Source: an uncultured Actinomycetes bacterium
Lineage (GTDB): Bacteria; Actinomycetota; Thermoleophilia; UBA2241
Reading direction: 5' to 3'
NCBI GenBank assembly: GCA_963755025.1
Contig: CAVWIH010000014.1
Location: 288,001 to 352,000, forward strand
Length of the DNA: 64,000 nucleotides
The first letter of the stretch is position 1, and the number at the start of each line of letters is the position of its first letter. The notes beneath the pieces are model-generated. The model saw nothing but the letters and a program-made list of their open reading frames with translations. It did not search any database and had not been told where the DNA came from. This document shows positions 22,440-31,505 of this stretch, piece after piece. Made by a program: the position numbers and the translations under genes.

Positions 22440-23852
22440 ATGGCCGCTCTCGACCTGCCAGTCGACCTTGCCCAGGAGACCCGGAGCCACCTGGCCAACG
22501 TCGTCGACAACCTGCAGCTGATCGCCGACCTGGGTTACGGCGACGTAGCCCTGGTCGTGCCCGACCAGACGGGCGCGCTCGTCGTGATCGCCGACTGCCG
22601 GCCGAGCACCGCCGCGACCCCGTTCGCCACGTCGCGCGTGGGCCGCGCGCTCACGGCGAGCGAGTCGCCCGAGGCCCTGGGAGCCCTGGAGCGGGGCGCG
22701 CCCGTCGAGGGCGAGCACGAGCGTCGCGCCCACGACATGCGCTACGCGACGCTGGCCTACCCGATCGGCGAGCCCGTCCCGTTCGCCGCCGTCGTGCGCA
22801 GCCTCGCGCGGCACGCCGAGTCGGCTCCCGGAGCCATGGAGAAGGCCTTCATGCGGGCCGCCGAGGCGCTCTTGCGAGCGCTCGCCGCCGGCCCCATCGT
22901 CGACCTGCGCACAGGCGGCGGCTTCGCCACGACACGCCACGCGGGCGACGGCGTCATGCAGGTCGCCCCCACCGGACGCATCGCCTACGCCTCGCCCAAC
23001 GCGGTCAGCATCATGCGGCTGGCCGGCGTCGAGGGCCGCGTCACCGGCATGAGGGCCTCGGCGCTGCCCGGCGGCGTGCTCGGCATCTCACCGACCTTCG
23101 GCGCGCGCGGCGCCATCGCGGTGCAGGCCGAGGTCGCCCAGCGCGTGCTCGACTACCGCTCCATCGCCCTCGACTACGGCACGCTCGTGCTGGTCGAAGA
23201 CCTGACCGAGGCGCGCCGCCGCGAGCGCGAGATCATGGTCAAGCAGGCCACCATCCGCGAGGTGCACCACCGCGTCAAGAACAACCTGCAGACGATCGCC
23301 TCGCTGCTGCGCGTGCACGCGCGACGCACCACGAGCGACGAAGCGCGCAAGGCCCTGGCCGACGCCACCGACCGCGTCACCTCGATGGCCGTCGTGCACG
23401 ACCTGCTGGCGGGCTCCGACGAGGAGCGCGTCGACTTCGCCCAGGCGGCGCGCACCGTCGTCGACCTCGTGCGCCGCGGTCTCGTGGGGGAGGAGTCGCG
23501 CGTCACCGTCTCGGTGAGCGGCGCGACCGGCCAGGTCGACGCGCGCACCGCCACCTCGCTCGCCCTGACGATCGCCGAGCTCGTGCACAACGCCCTCGAG
23601 CACGCCTACGCCCCGGGCGCCGCGGGCAGCGTCGCGCTCGTCCTGCAGCGCCTGCCGCACGAGCTCGAGCTCACCGTGAGCGACGACGGCAGCGGCCTGC
23701 CGGCCGGCTTCGACCCCGCCCGCTCGAGCAACCTCGGCCTCGCCATCGTGCGCGCCCTGGTCGAAGACGACCTGCAGGGCACGCTGCACATGCGCGGCGG
23801 CCCGGGCGGCACGGTCGTCACCGTACGCGTGCCTCTCGCCGGCCCCGAGTAG
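22440..23852 (+). CDS. PdtaS/EutW-like cytoplasmic sensor histidine kinase (HisKA_2)
   Basis: LQLIADLGYGD N-terminal domain, PAS, REVHHRVKNNLQ, ELVHNALEH, DDGSG; TATACT lies 6 nt before the ATG (leaderless-type start). Confidence 0.9.
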   Translation: MAALDLPVDLAQETRSHLANVVDNLQLIADLGYGDVALVVPDQTGALVVIADCRPSTAATPFATSRVGRALTASESPEALGALERGAPVEGEHERRAHDMRYATLAYPIGEPVPFAAVVRSLARHAESAPGAMEKAFMRAAEALLRALAAGPIVDLRTGGGFATTRHAGDGVMQVAPTGRIAYASPNAVSIMRLAGVEGRVTGMRASALPGGVLGISPTFGARGAIAVQAEVAQRVLDYRSIALDYGTLVLVEDLTEARRREREIMVKQATIREVHHRVKNNLQTIASLLRVHARRTTSDEARKALADATDRVTSMAVVHDLLAGSDEERVDFAQAARTVVDLVRRGLVGEESRVTVSVSGATGQVDARTATSLALTIAELVHNALEHAYAPGAAGSVALVLQRLPHELELTVSDDGSGLPAGFDPARSSNLGLAIVRALVEDDLQGTLHMRGGPGGTVVTVRVPLAGPE

Positions 23853-23883
23853 CGGTACGCTGGCACGGGCCGCCGGCGGGTGG

Positions 23884-23978
23884 TATCCTGCCGGCACGGC
23901 ACAGTGACGTGCCGCACCAGCCATATCGGTGAGCAACGATGCTCGTCCAGCCCTTGCGGGGCCGGGCGGGCGTTTTTT
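23884..23978 (+). ncRNA. ANTAR-target twin-hairpin leader with overlapping intrinsic terminator
   Basis: -10 TATCCT; P1 CGGCAC-AGTGAC-GTGCCG (23897-23914); P2 GAGC-AACGAT-GCTC (23931-23944), close to AGCAANGRRGCUY; terminator 23941-23978 ending in T6. Confidence 0.85.
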
Positions 23979-23998
23979 CGTTGGGAGGCACCCAGGCC

Positions 23999-25450
23999 AT
24001 GACGTACGACCCGCTGCTCGACCGCATGCCCACGACGCGGACGCCCGGTCGCGGCGCCCGCGCCGACGAGCGGCCCGCGTACCGCGAAGAGGCATCGTTC
24101 AAGATCCCCGGCGGCTGCGGCCTCATGGGCGTCTGCGACGAGTCGGGCGCCGCGCTGCCCGCCGAGCTCGCCGTGCGCGCCATGGCCGTGCAGCGCGACC
24201 GCGGCAACGGCCTGGGCGGCGGTTTTGCCGGCTACGGCATCTACCCCGAGCTCGCCGAGCTCTTCTGCTTTCACCTCATGTTCCACGACACGAAGGCCAA
24301 GGACGAGGTCGAGGCCTTCCTCGCACAGGGCTTCGAGGTCGAGCGCGCCGAGCCCATCCCCACGCGCCCCGTGGCCGGCATCGACGACCCGCCGCTGCTG
24401 TGGCGCTACTTCGTGAGCCCGCGCGCGGCGTCGCTCGAGGGCGGCGCGCTGACCGCCGACGACGTCGTGGTCGCGGCCGTCATGCACGTCAACGCGGCCG
24501 TCGACGGCGCCTTCGTGGCCTCGTCGGGCAAGAACATGGGGGCCTTCAAGGGCGTCGGCTTTCCCGAGGAGATCGCCCACTTCTACAGGCTCGAGGAGTA
24601 CGCCGGCCACACCTGGCTCGGGCACAGCCGGTTTCCCACCAACACCCCCGGCTGGTGGGGCGGCGCGCACCCCTTCACGCTGCTCGACTGGTCGGTCGTG
24701 CACAACGGCGAGATCTCGAGCTACGGCATCAACCGGCGCTACCTCGAACAGTTCGGCTACCGCTGCACGCTGGGCACCGACACCGAGGTGGCGGCCTACC
24801 TGTTCGACCTGCTGCTGCGCCGCCACGGACTGCCGCTGGAGCTCGCCTGCAAGGCGCTCGCCAGCCCGCTGTGGAGCGAGATCGACCGTCTGGGCAAGAG
24901 CGACCAGGCGCTGCTGCGCGCCCTGCGCTGCGTGTACGGTTCGGCCATGCTGAACGGCCCGTTCGCCATCGTGCTGGGCTTCGCCGGCGGCATGATGGCC
25001 CTGAACGACCGCATCAAGCTGCGCCCGCTGGTGGCCGCCCGTCGCGGCTCGATCGTCATGGTGGCCTCAGAGGAGAGCGCCATCTGCGAGGTGCTCGAGG
25101 CGCCCGACGCGATCTGGTCGCCGCGCGCCGGCGAGCCCGTGATCGCTCGCGTAGCGAGCTCCGCCGGCGCGCCGGCCGCCACCCCCACCGTCGCGGCGCC
25201 CGCGAGCGGCGCGGCGCCCGCGAGCGGCGTGGCGCCCGCGAGCGGCGCGGTGGCAGCGGCGCGGCCGCCGTCGCCGCGGTGGGCTAGATGCCGCCGAGCA
25301 TGGTGCAGCCCGAGTTCACGGTCGCCATCGACGACCGGCGCTGCAGCCGCTGCGGAGGCTGCGTGGCGCAGTGCGGGTGGGGCGTCGTTGCCTTCGACGA
25401 GCGCCCCGTGCCCGACGACGCCAGGTGTCGCGCCTGCCACCGCTGCGTGA
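23999..25450 (+). CDS. Class II glutamine amidotransferase (GltB1-like subunit of a split glutamate synthase)
   Basis: CG, RGNGLGGG, SSGKN, HSRFPTN, HPF, VHNGEI, TDTEV and DRIKLRP motifs; the domain ends near 25150, and the true stop may be the TAG at 25285-25287 if the Ala-rich tail contains an indel. Confidence 0.85.
   Translation: MTYDPLLDRMPTTRTPGRGARADERPAYREEASFKIPGGCGLMGVCDESGAALPAELAVRAMAVQRDRGNGLGGGFAGYGIYPELAELFCFHLMFHDTKAKDEVEAFLAQGFEVERAEPIPTRPVAGIDDPPLLWRYFVSPRAASLEGGALTADDVVVAAVMHVNAAVDGAFVASSGKNMGAFKGVGFPEEIAHFYRLEEYAGHTWLGHSRFPTNTPGWWGGAHPFTLLDWSVVHNGEISSYGINRRYLEQFGYRCTLGTDTEVAAYLFDLLLRRHGLPLELACKALASPLWSEIDRLGKSDQALLRALRCVYGSAMLNGPFAIVLGFAGGMMALNDRIKLRPLVAARRGSIVMVASEESAICEVLEAPDAIWSPRAGEPVIARVASSAGAPAATPTVAAPASGAAPASGVAPASGAVAAARPPSPRWARCRRAWCSPSSRSPSTTGAAAAAEAAWRSAGGASLPSTSAPCPTTPGVAPATAA
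25193..25246. repeat. 3 x 18-bp tandem repeat in the GATase tail
   Basis: g(c/t)ggcgcccgcgagcggc x3. Confidence 0.8.
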
Positions 25451-26811
25451 CGTACTGCCCAAGCCACGCGATCACGATCAAGAGGAGCGAGCTTGCCTAC
25501 GGCGGCAACCAGTTCTGGGCGGCGCCGCTGCGGCGCGCGATCTGGCGCCAGGCAGAGACCGGCGGCGTCATGCTCGCCAGCACCGGCAACGACGGACCCT
25601 ACCCGAGCATCTTCGACCACCTCGTGCTCGATGCCTGTCAGATCACCAACCCGTCGATCGACCCGCTGCGCGAGCCCATGGAGCTGCGCACCTACCTGGG
25701 CGGCCAGCCCGAAGCGGTGGCCGTGGAGCCCGACGACGCGGGCGGCTACCGCCTGAAGGCCGGCGCCGCGGCGAACGTGGGCGCGGGCCACGCCATCAAA
25801 CTCGACACGCCGATCATCTTCTCGGCCATGAGCTACGGCTCGGTCTCGCTCAACGTGCACAAGTCGCTGGCCATGGCGGCCGAGCGCTGCGGCATCGTGA
25901 TGAACTGTGGCGAGGGCGGCCTGCACGCCGACCTGCACCCCCTCAAGGACCGCGTGATCGTGCAGGTGGCGTCGGGGCGCTTCGGCGTCGACCTCGACTA
26001 CCTGAAGCGCGGCGTCGCGGTCGAGATCAAAGTCGGCCAGGGCGCCAAGCCCGGAGTCGGCGGCCACCTGCCCGGCGAGAAGACCGGCGGCGACGTGGCC
26101 ACCACGCGCATGATCCCGCAGGGCTCCGACGCCCTCTCGCCGGCCCCGCACCACGACGTCTACTCCATCGAGGACCTGCGGCAGCTCATCTACTCGATCA
26201 AGGAGACCACGGGCTACAAGCCGGTCGGCGTGAAGATCGCCGCCGTGCACAACGTGGCCGCCATCGCGTCGGGCGTGGTGCGCGCCGGCGCCGACTACGT
26301 CTTTCTCGACGGCTTTCGCGGGGGCACCGGCGCGGCGCCGATGGTGATCCGCGATCACGTCGGCATTCCCCTCGAGATCGCCATCGCCGTGGTCGACCAG
26401 CGCCTGCGCGACGAGGGCATCCGCCAGCGCGCCTCGATCATCGCCGCCGGCTCGATACGCTCCGCGGCCGACATGGCCAAAGCCATCGCCCTGGGCGCCG
26501 ACGTCGTGGCCATCGGCTCGGCGGCCCTGGTGGCGCTGGGCTGCCACCTGTGCGGCGGCTGCCACACGAGCGGCTGCAGCTGGGGCCTGACCACCCACAA
26601 GCCCGAGCTCGCCAGGCGGCTCGACCCCGAGTGGGGCGCCGAGCGCCTCACCAACCTGATCGACGCCTGGAGCCACGAGCTGAAGGAGGTCCTCGGCGCC
26701 CTGGGGGTCAACGCCATCGAGTCGCTGCGCGGCAGCCGCGAACGCCTGCGCGGCGTGGGGCTCGACGCCCAGACCCTCGAGATCCTCGGCGTCAAGCCGG
26801 CCGGACTCTAG
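25288..26811 (+). CDS. Ferredoxin-fused FMN-binding glutamate synthase subunit (archaeal GltB2 type)
   Basis: CxxCxxCxxxC x2, MSYGS, GEGG, QVASGRFGV, GQGAKPG.GGHLPGEK, SPAPHHD, CHLCGGCHTSGC. Confidence 0.92.
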   Translation: MPPSMVQPEFTVAIDDRRCSRCGGCVAQCGWGVVAFDERPVPDDARCRACHRCVTYCPSHAITIKRSELAYGGNQFWAAPLRRAIWRQAETGGVMLASTGNDGPYPSIFDHLVLDACQITNPSIDPLREPMELRTYLGGQPEAVAVEPDDAGGYRLKAGAAANVGAGHAIKLDTPIIFSAMSYGSVSLNVHKSLAMAAERCGIVMNCGEGGLHADLHPLKDRVIVQVASGRFGVDLDYLKRGVAVEIKVGQGAKPGVGGHLPGEKTGGDVATTRMIPQGSDALSPAPHHDVYSIEDLRQLIYSIKETTGYKPVGVKIAAVHNVAAIASGVVRAGADYVFLDGFRGGTGAAPMVIRDHVGIPLEIAIAVVDQRLRDEGIRQRASIIAAGSIRSAADMAKAIALGADVVAIGSAALVALGCHLCGGCHTSGCSWGLTTHKPELARRLDPEWGAERLTNLIDAWSHELKEVLGALGVNAIESLRGSRERLRGVGLDAQTLEILGVKPAGL

Positions 26812-26825
26812 GAGAGGCGGGCACG

Positions 26826-27653
26826 ATGGCGTCGGATCCCGTTCCCGCTCCGGTCACCCAGGTCGTCGGCCACCTGCGCACGGCGCCGACGCTGAAGATG
26901 GCCGGCGACACGGCGACCGTCGACTGCCGCGGCGTCTACTACCGCTACGTCAACGAAGCGGTGCGCGGGGCGTTCGAGCAGGGCGCCCGCACCGTGAAGC
27001 TCGCAAACGTCATGGGCCAGCGCTACATCGGGACCGGCCTCCAGGGCGCCGACAAGCGCATCGAGGTGCACGGCACGCCGGGTCAGGACGCGGCCATGTT
27101 CATGGACGGCCCCACCCTCGAGGTCTTCGGCAACGCCCAGGACGGCCTGGGCAACACGATGAGCGCCGGGCGGGTCGTGGTGCACGGCAGCGCCGGCGAC
27201 GTGCTGGGTTACGGCATGCGCGGCGGCCGGGTGTTCGTCGCCGGTGACGTGGGCTACCGGGTGGGCATCCACATGAAGGCCCGCGAGGAGCTGCGGCCGA
27301 TCGTGGTCTGCGGCGGCAAGGCCCGCGACTTCTTCGGCGAGTACATGGCGGGAGGCCTGCTCGTGCTGCTCGGCCTGGACTCGGCCTTCGAGGGGCCGCT
27401 CGCCGGCGGCTACCTGGGCGCCGGCATGCACGGCGGCGAGATCTACCTGCGTGGCGAGGTCGAGCCCTGGAGCTGCGGCGCCGACGTCACGAGCGCCCCG
27501 GCGAGCGACGACGAGATGGGCGCCCTCGCGCCCGTGCTGGCCGACTTCTGCGCCGCCGTGGGGCGCGACGTCGCCGGCGTGCTCTCGGCGCGCTTCACGC
27601 GCATCGCGCCGGCCAGCAGCCGCCCCTACAGCGGGCGCTACGTGGGGCTGTAG
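26826..27653 (+). CDS. GXGXG beta-helix glutamate synthase subunit (GltB3/FwdC-like)
   Basis: GQRYIG, GNAQDG.GNTM, GYGMRGG, GEYMAGG, GMHGG. Confidence 0.9.
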   Translation: MASDPVPAPVTQVVGHLRTAPTLKMAGDTATVDCRGVYYRYVNEAVRGAFEQGARTVKLANVMGQRYIGTGLQGADKRIEVHGTPGQDAAMFMDGPTLEVFGNAQDGLGNTMSAGRVVVHGSAGDVLGYGMRGGRVFVAGDVGYRVGIHMKAREELRPIVVCGGKARDFFGEYMAGGLLVLLGLDSAFEGPLAGGYLGAGMHGGEIYLRGEVEPWSCGADVTSAPASDDEMGALAPVLADFCAAVGRDVAGVLSARFTRIAPASSRPYSGRYVGL

Positions 27654-27687
27654 GCCGGCCCGCGGGCCGTCGCCGGCCGCGGTTCGC

Positions 27688-28917
27688 TTACCTGCCGGGC
27701 TCCTCCCGCCCGCCCGGCGACCTCGACGCGACGGCCGCGATCGCCTCGGCGAGCGCCGCCAGCCCCTGGGCCAGCTCCGCCGCCGTGATGGTGAGCGCCG
27801 GGAACACGCGCACCCCGACGCCCTGTGTCTGGCGCACGAAGGTCTTGCGCGCCAGGCACTCGGCGGCCACCGCGCCGGCGGCGGACTCGTCGCGAAACTC
27901 CACGAGCAGCAGCAGGCCGGCGCCGCGTACGTCGGTGACGAGGTCGGGCCAGGCCGCGCGCCAGCGCTCCATCTCGGCGAGCGCCTCGCGGCCGCGCGCC
28001 GCCACCAGCGCCGGCGCGTCGATCTCGATCAGGTGCGAGATCACCGCGCAGGCCACCGCGCAGGCGAGCGGGTTGCCGCAGTAGGTGCCGCCGTGGTCGC
28101 CGAGCTCGAGCCTGCGCGAGACGGCTTCGGTCATGGCGAAGGCGCCCAGGGGGAACCCGCCGGCGATGCCCTTGGCCATGGTGAGCAGGTCCGGCGCGGC
28201 GCCGGGTGGGGTCGCAAAGAACGGGCCCGTGCGACAGAAGCCCGTCTGCACCTCGTCGACGATCAGCAAGGCGCCGCTCGCATGGCAGAGCTCGGCCACG
28301 CCGCGCAGGTAGCCGTCGGGCGGACGGCGCACGCCGCCCTCGCCCTGGACGGGCTCGACGATGACCGCTGCCACTGCCGGGTCGAGCGCGCCGGCGAGGG
28401 CGTCGAGGTCGCCGTAGGGCACGAACCGGTAGCCCGGCATCTGCGGCGCGAACTTGTCGCGGTGGCGCGCCTGCCCGGTCGCCGAGACCATGCTGATCGT
28501 GCGCCCGTGAAAGCTGCCCTCGCACGCCACCACGTCGCGCCGGCCGGTGGCCTTGCGGGCGAGCTTCACGGCGGCGTCGTTGGCCTCGGCGCCGCTGTTG
28601 GTGAAGAAGATGCGCTCGAGGCCCGCCGGCAGCAGGCCGCAGAGCAGCGTCAGCAGCCGCGCCCGCGCCGGCGAGTAGGTGAGGCCGGAGTCGGGGTTCT
28701 GCAGGATGAGCGCGCCCTGCTCGGCGAGCGCCGCCGCGATGGCGGGGTGCGCGTGGCCGATCGACGTGACGCCCCAGCCCGCGGTGAGGTCGAGGTAGCG
28801 CTCGCCCTCTTCGTCCCACACGACGACGCCCTCGCCGCGCACTATGGAGATCGGCGTCTTGGCGAAGAAGGGCGGCATGTGGGCGTTCTCTACGGCGATC
28901 GTCTGCTGGCTGGCCAT
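27688..28917 (-). CDS. argD: Acetylornithine/class III aminotransferase
   Basis: NSGAEAN, SFHGRT, EPVQGEGG, DEVQTG, AKGIAGG, HGGTYCGNP. Confidence 0.85.
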   Translation of the reverse strand: MASQQTIAVENAHMPPFFAKTPISIVRGEGVVVWDEEGERYLDLTAGWGVTSIGHAHPAIAAALAEQGALILQNPDSGLTYSPARARLLTLLCGLLPAGLERIFFTNSGAEANDAAVKLARKATGRRDVVACEGSFHGRTISMVSATGQARHRDKFAPQMPGYRFVPYGDLDALAGALDPAVAAVIVEPVQGEGGVRRPPDGYLRGVAELCHASGALLIVDEVQTGFCRTGPFFATPPGAAPDLLTMAKGIAGGFPLGAFAMTEAVSRRLELGDHGGTYCGNPLACAVACAVISHLIEIDAPALVAARGREALAEMERWRAAWPDLVTDVRGAGLLLLVEFRDESAAGAVAAECLARKTFVRQTQGVGVRVFPALTITAAELAQGLAALAEAIAAVASRSPGGREEPGR

Positions 28918-29013
28918 CGGTTCCCTCTCGATTCGTGTCCGGTCTGCCGGCCGGCCTTGTCGTGGCGATCGCCCGCCGCCAGGTCTGCCGCCCGCCGGCA
29001 GCCGCGGGCGCGC

Positions 29014-29061
29014 CGGCGTACCCGGATATCGGCGTACCTGGTCACCGGCGTACCTGGTTAC
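29014..29061. repeat. 3 x 16-bp tandem repeat spanning the ANTAR gene stop codon
   Basis: cggcgtacccggatat / cggcgtacctggtcac / cggcgtacctggttac. Confidence 0.75.
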
Positions 29062-29624
29062 AGGGCGTCGCCGGCCGTGATGATCGCCTCGGCCACCTCG
29101 CGCAGGGTCTTGCGCCGGTCCATGGCGACCTTCTGCAGCCGGCGAAAGGCGTCGGCCTCGGTGAGCCCGCGCGCCATGAGCAGGCCCTTGGCCTGGTCGA
29201 CGACCTTGCGGGTCTCGAGACGCTCGGTCAGGTCGCCCACCTCGCGCGCCAGCAGGGCGGCCTCGGCGAAGCGCGCGACCGCCACCTCCATGGCCGGCAC
29301 GATGTCGTTGCGCGAGAAGGGCTTGACGACGTAGCCCATGGCGCCGGCGCGTGTGGCTTGCTCGACCTGCGCGGGCTGCGAGAACGCCGTGAGGATCACC
29401 ACGGGCGCGATCGCTTCGGCGCTGATGGCGGCCGTCGCCTCGATGCCGTTCACGCCCGGCATGTTGATGTCCATGAAGACCACGTCGGGCCGGCACGAGC
29501 GCGCCAAGGCGATCGCCTCGGCGCCGTCGCGCGCCTCGGCCACCACCTCGTGGCCGCCGTCTATGAGCATCTCGCGCAGGTCCATGCGGATCAGCGCCTC
29601 GTCTTCGGCGATCAGCACTCGCAA
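29058..29624 (-). CDS. REC-ANTAR response regulator (PdtaR/EutV-like antiterminator)
   Basis: VLIAEDEALIRMDL, MDINMP, YVVKP, ETRKVVDQAKGLLM...AMDRRK; TTG at 29624 follows AGAGGA. Confidence 0.93.
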   Translation of the reverse strand: MRVLIAEDEALIRMDLREMLIDGGHEVVAEARDGAEAIALARSCRPDVVFMDINMPGVNGIEATAAISAEAIAPVVILTAFSQPAQVEQATRAGAMGYVVKPFSRNDIVPAMEVAVARFAEAALLAREVGDLTERLETRKVVDQAKGLLMARGLTEADAFRRLQKVAMDRRKTLREVAEAIITAGDAL

Positions 29625-29742
29625 GGCCGGGGTCCTCTTCGTCGTCTCCGTGTCGTCGCGCCCCGGTCGTCGCTCGCCGGCGACCGGGGCCCGGCACGCT
29701 TGTAGCTTACCGACGCGCGTGGCGTCGCGCCTGCGTTTTCGC

Positions 29743-30078
29743 CTACATCTCGAAACCGAGGGAGCTGAGGCTGCAGAACACGTGGGCCGTCTTGGCATGC
29801 CCGCGGCGCTGCGGGGCTATGCGGAAGGTCGACCAGTGCGGCAGGGCGACGATGTCGGCTCCGCCGCCGTCGCGCAGGTCGAGCGCGCCCGACTCGAGCA
29901 CGCCGTTGTCGAACACACCGGCGAATTCCTGATGATGGATCTCCACCATCTCGAGCTCGCCGAGGATGTCGGTGAACCAGAGTTGGATGCGCTTCACGTC
30001 GTGTTCGGCGACCTGAAGGCGGATGCTGGCCAGGAGCTCATTCTTCCTGTGTCTTCCTGGTGGCCATGGTCCGCGCAC
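29743..30078 (-). CDS. Stand-alone glutamine synthetase N-terminal (beta-grasp) domain protein, or glnA remnant
   Basis: HDVKRIQLWFTDILGEL..VEI, P.WSTF.I.P and A.VFC match the GS-I N-domain; ends at TAG 29743 with no catalytic domain; start is GTG 30078 or a frameshifted ATG 30067. Confidence 0.7.
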   Translation of the reverse strand: MRGPWPPGRHRKNELLASIRLQVAEHDVKRIQLWFTDILGELEMVEIHHQEFAGVFDNGVLESGALDLRDGGGADIVALPHWSTFRIAPQRRGHAKTAHVFCSLSSLGFEM

Positions 30079-30148
30079 GTGGCGCGCTGGCAGATGAGCG
30101 AGGAGGGTTCGGGGCCCGGGGTCTCCTTTCTGCGCCGCGCCGGAAACG

Positions 30149-30233
30149 AAAAAACTCCCCGGGCCGCGAGGGCCAGGGGAGCGTCGTTGCTCCGGCAGGT
30201 GGCGGCACGCCGTTGTGCCGATGCCGCATGCTA
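30149..30233 (-). ncRNA. Second ANTAR-target twin-hairpin leader with terminator
   Basis: Minus strand: -10 TAGCAT; P1 CGGCAC-AACGGC-GTGCCG (30220-30203); P2 GAGC-AACGAC-GCTC (30192-30179); terminator CTCCCC..GGGGAG-T6. Confidence 0.85.
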
Positions 30234-30264
30234 GCACGCCGGTTCGGGGGCGCGCAATCGTGAG

Positions 30265-30362
30265 CCTGGGCCGGCACGCGCATGGGCCGGCACGCGCCCG
30301 CCTAGGCCGGCACGCGCCCGCATGGACCGGTACGCGCCTGGGCCGGCACGCGCCTACGCCGG
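30265..30362. repeat. Imperfect tandem repeat (ggccggcacgcgc core, about 5 copies) after the kinase stop codon
   Basis: Visible 16-20 bp units. Confidence 0.7.
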
Positions 30363-31505
30363 CCGCACCGGGTCGGCGCCACCGGACTGCCGGGACTGCT
30401 GCGGCGCGCGGCCGGGCGCGAGCGGGATACTGAACGTGATGGTCGTGCCCGCGCCGTCGTTGCTTGCGGCGGCGATCCGCCCGCCGTGGCTTTCGACCAG
30501 GCTCCTGGCGATCGCCAGCCCCAAGCCGCTGCCCTTGGAATCGGCCGACTTTGAGAAGCGGTCGAACAGCCCGGAGAGCTCCTCGGCGGCGATGCCGCGG
30601 CCGTTGTCGCTCACCGTGAACACCGCGTCGCCGCCCGAGAGCGCCACGGCCACGACCACGGCGCCGCCGGCCGGCGTGTAGCGCACGGCGTTGGCCACCA
30701 GGTTGTCGAGCACCTGGCGCAGCCGCACCGGGTCGACGTCGAGCTCGGGCACACCCTCGACGCCGGCCGTCAGCGTCACCCCACGGGCGGCTGCCGTCGC
30801 CTGAAAGGCGCGCAGGGTCTCGTCGACGAGGCGCCGCGGATCGGTGGCCTCGCGGTGCAGCCGCAAGGCGCCCGCCTGGGCCAGGGAAAGGGTCTGCAGG
30901 TCCTCGAGCAGGCGAGCCATGAGCTACGTCTCGGCCAGCACGGGGGTGAGGTGGTCGTCGTCCCGTGGGTAGAGGCCGTCGAGCATGCCCTCGACGTCGC
31001 CGCGGATGACCGACAGCGGTGTGCGCAGCTCGTGGGCGATCTCGGCCAGCAACGCGCGCCGCTGCTCCTCGTTCTCCTGCAGCCGCTGGGCCATCTCGTT
31101 GAATGCCCCGGCGAGCTGCCGGACCTCGCTCGAGCCGCGCGCCTCGACCCGCGCGCCGTAGTCGCCCCCGGCCACCCTGCTGGCGGCGTCCATGACGTCG
31201 CCGATGGGCGCCGCCGTGCGGCGCAACACGCGGCCGATCACCAGGGCGCCCACCACGACGAGGGCCACTACGGGGAACAGCAGGAAGAACGGGTGCGGGC
31301 CGCCGCGCCAGCCGCCGCCGCGCGGCCGCAAAGTCATCGCGTTCCAGATGACGCCCAGAGCGATCAGCAGCGCAAAGAAGGCGAGCAGCAGCAAGACGAC
31401 GCGCCGCACGAAGCGGCGGCGCAGGCGGTGCCAGTCGCCGCCGCTCGGCGGCCAAGGCTCGCCTTCGGGCCACCAGGGCGGAGAGCGCCGGCCGGCCGGA
31501 CTCAT
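30354..31505 (-). CDS. BaeS-like HAMP sensor histidine kinase with an in-frame TAG at 30924-30926
   Basis: 2 TM helices, HAMP, AHELRTPL, NLVANA, DNGRGI, GSGLGL; the frame continues across the TAG (LAET*LMARLLEDL). Confidence 0.85.

Noticed and set aside
30038-30067. MATRKTQEE* as an attenuator leader peptide
   Set aside because: It lies downstream of the terminator and is better explained as the frameshifted start of the GS N-domain ORF.
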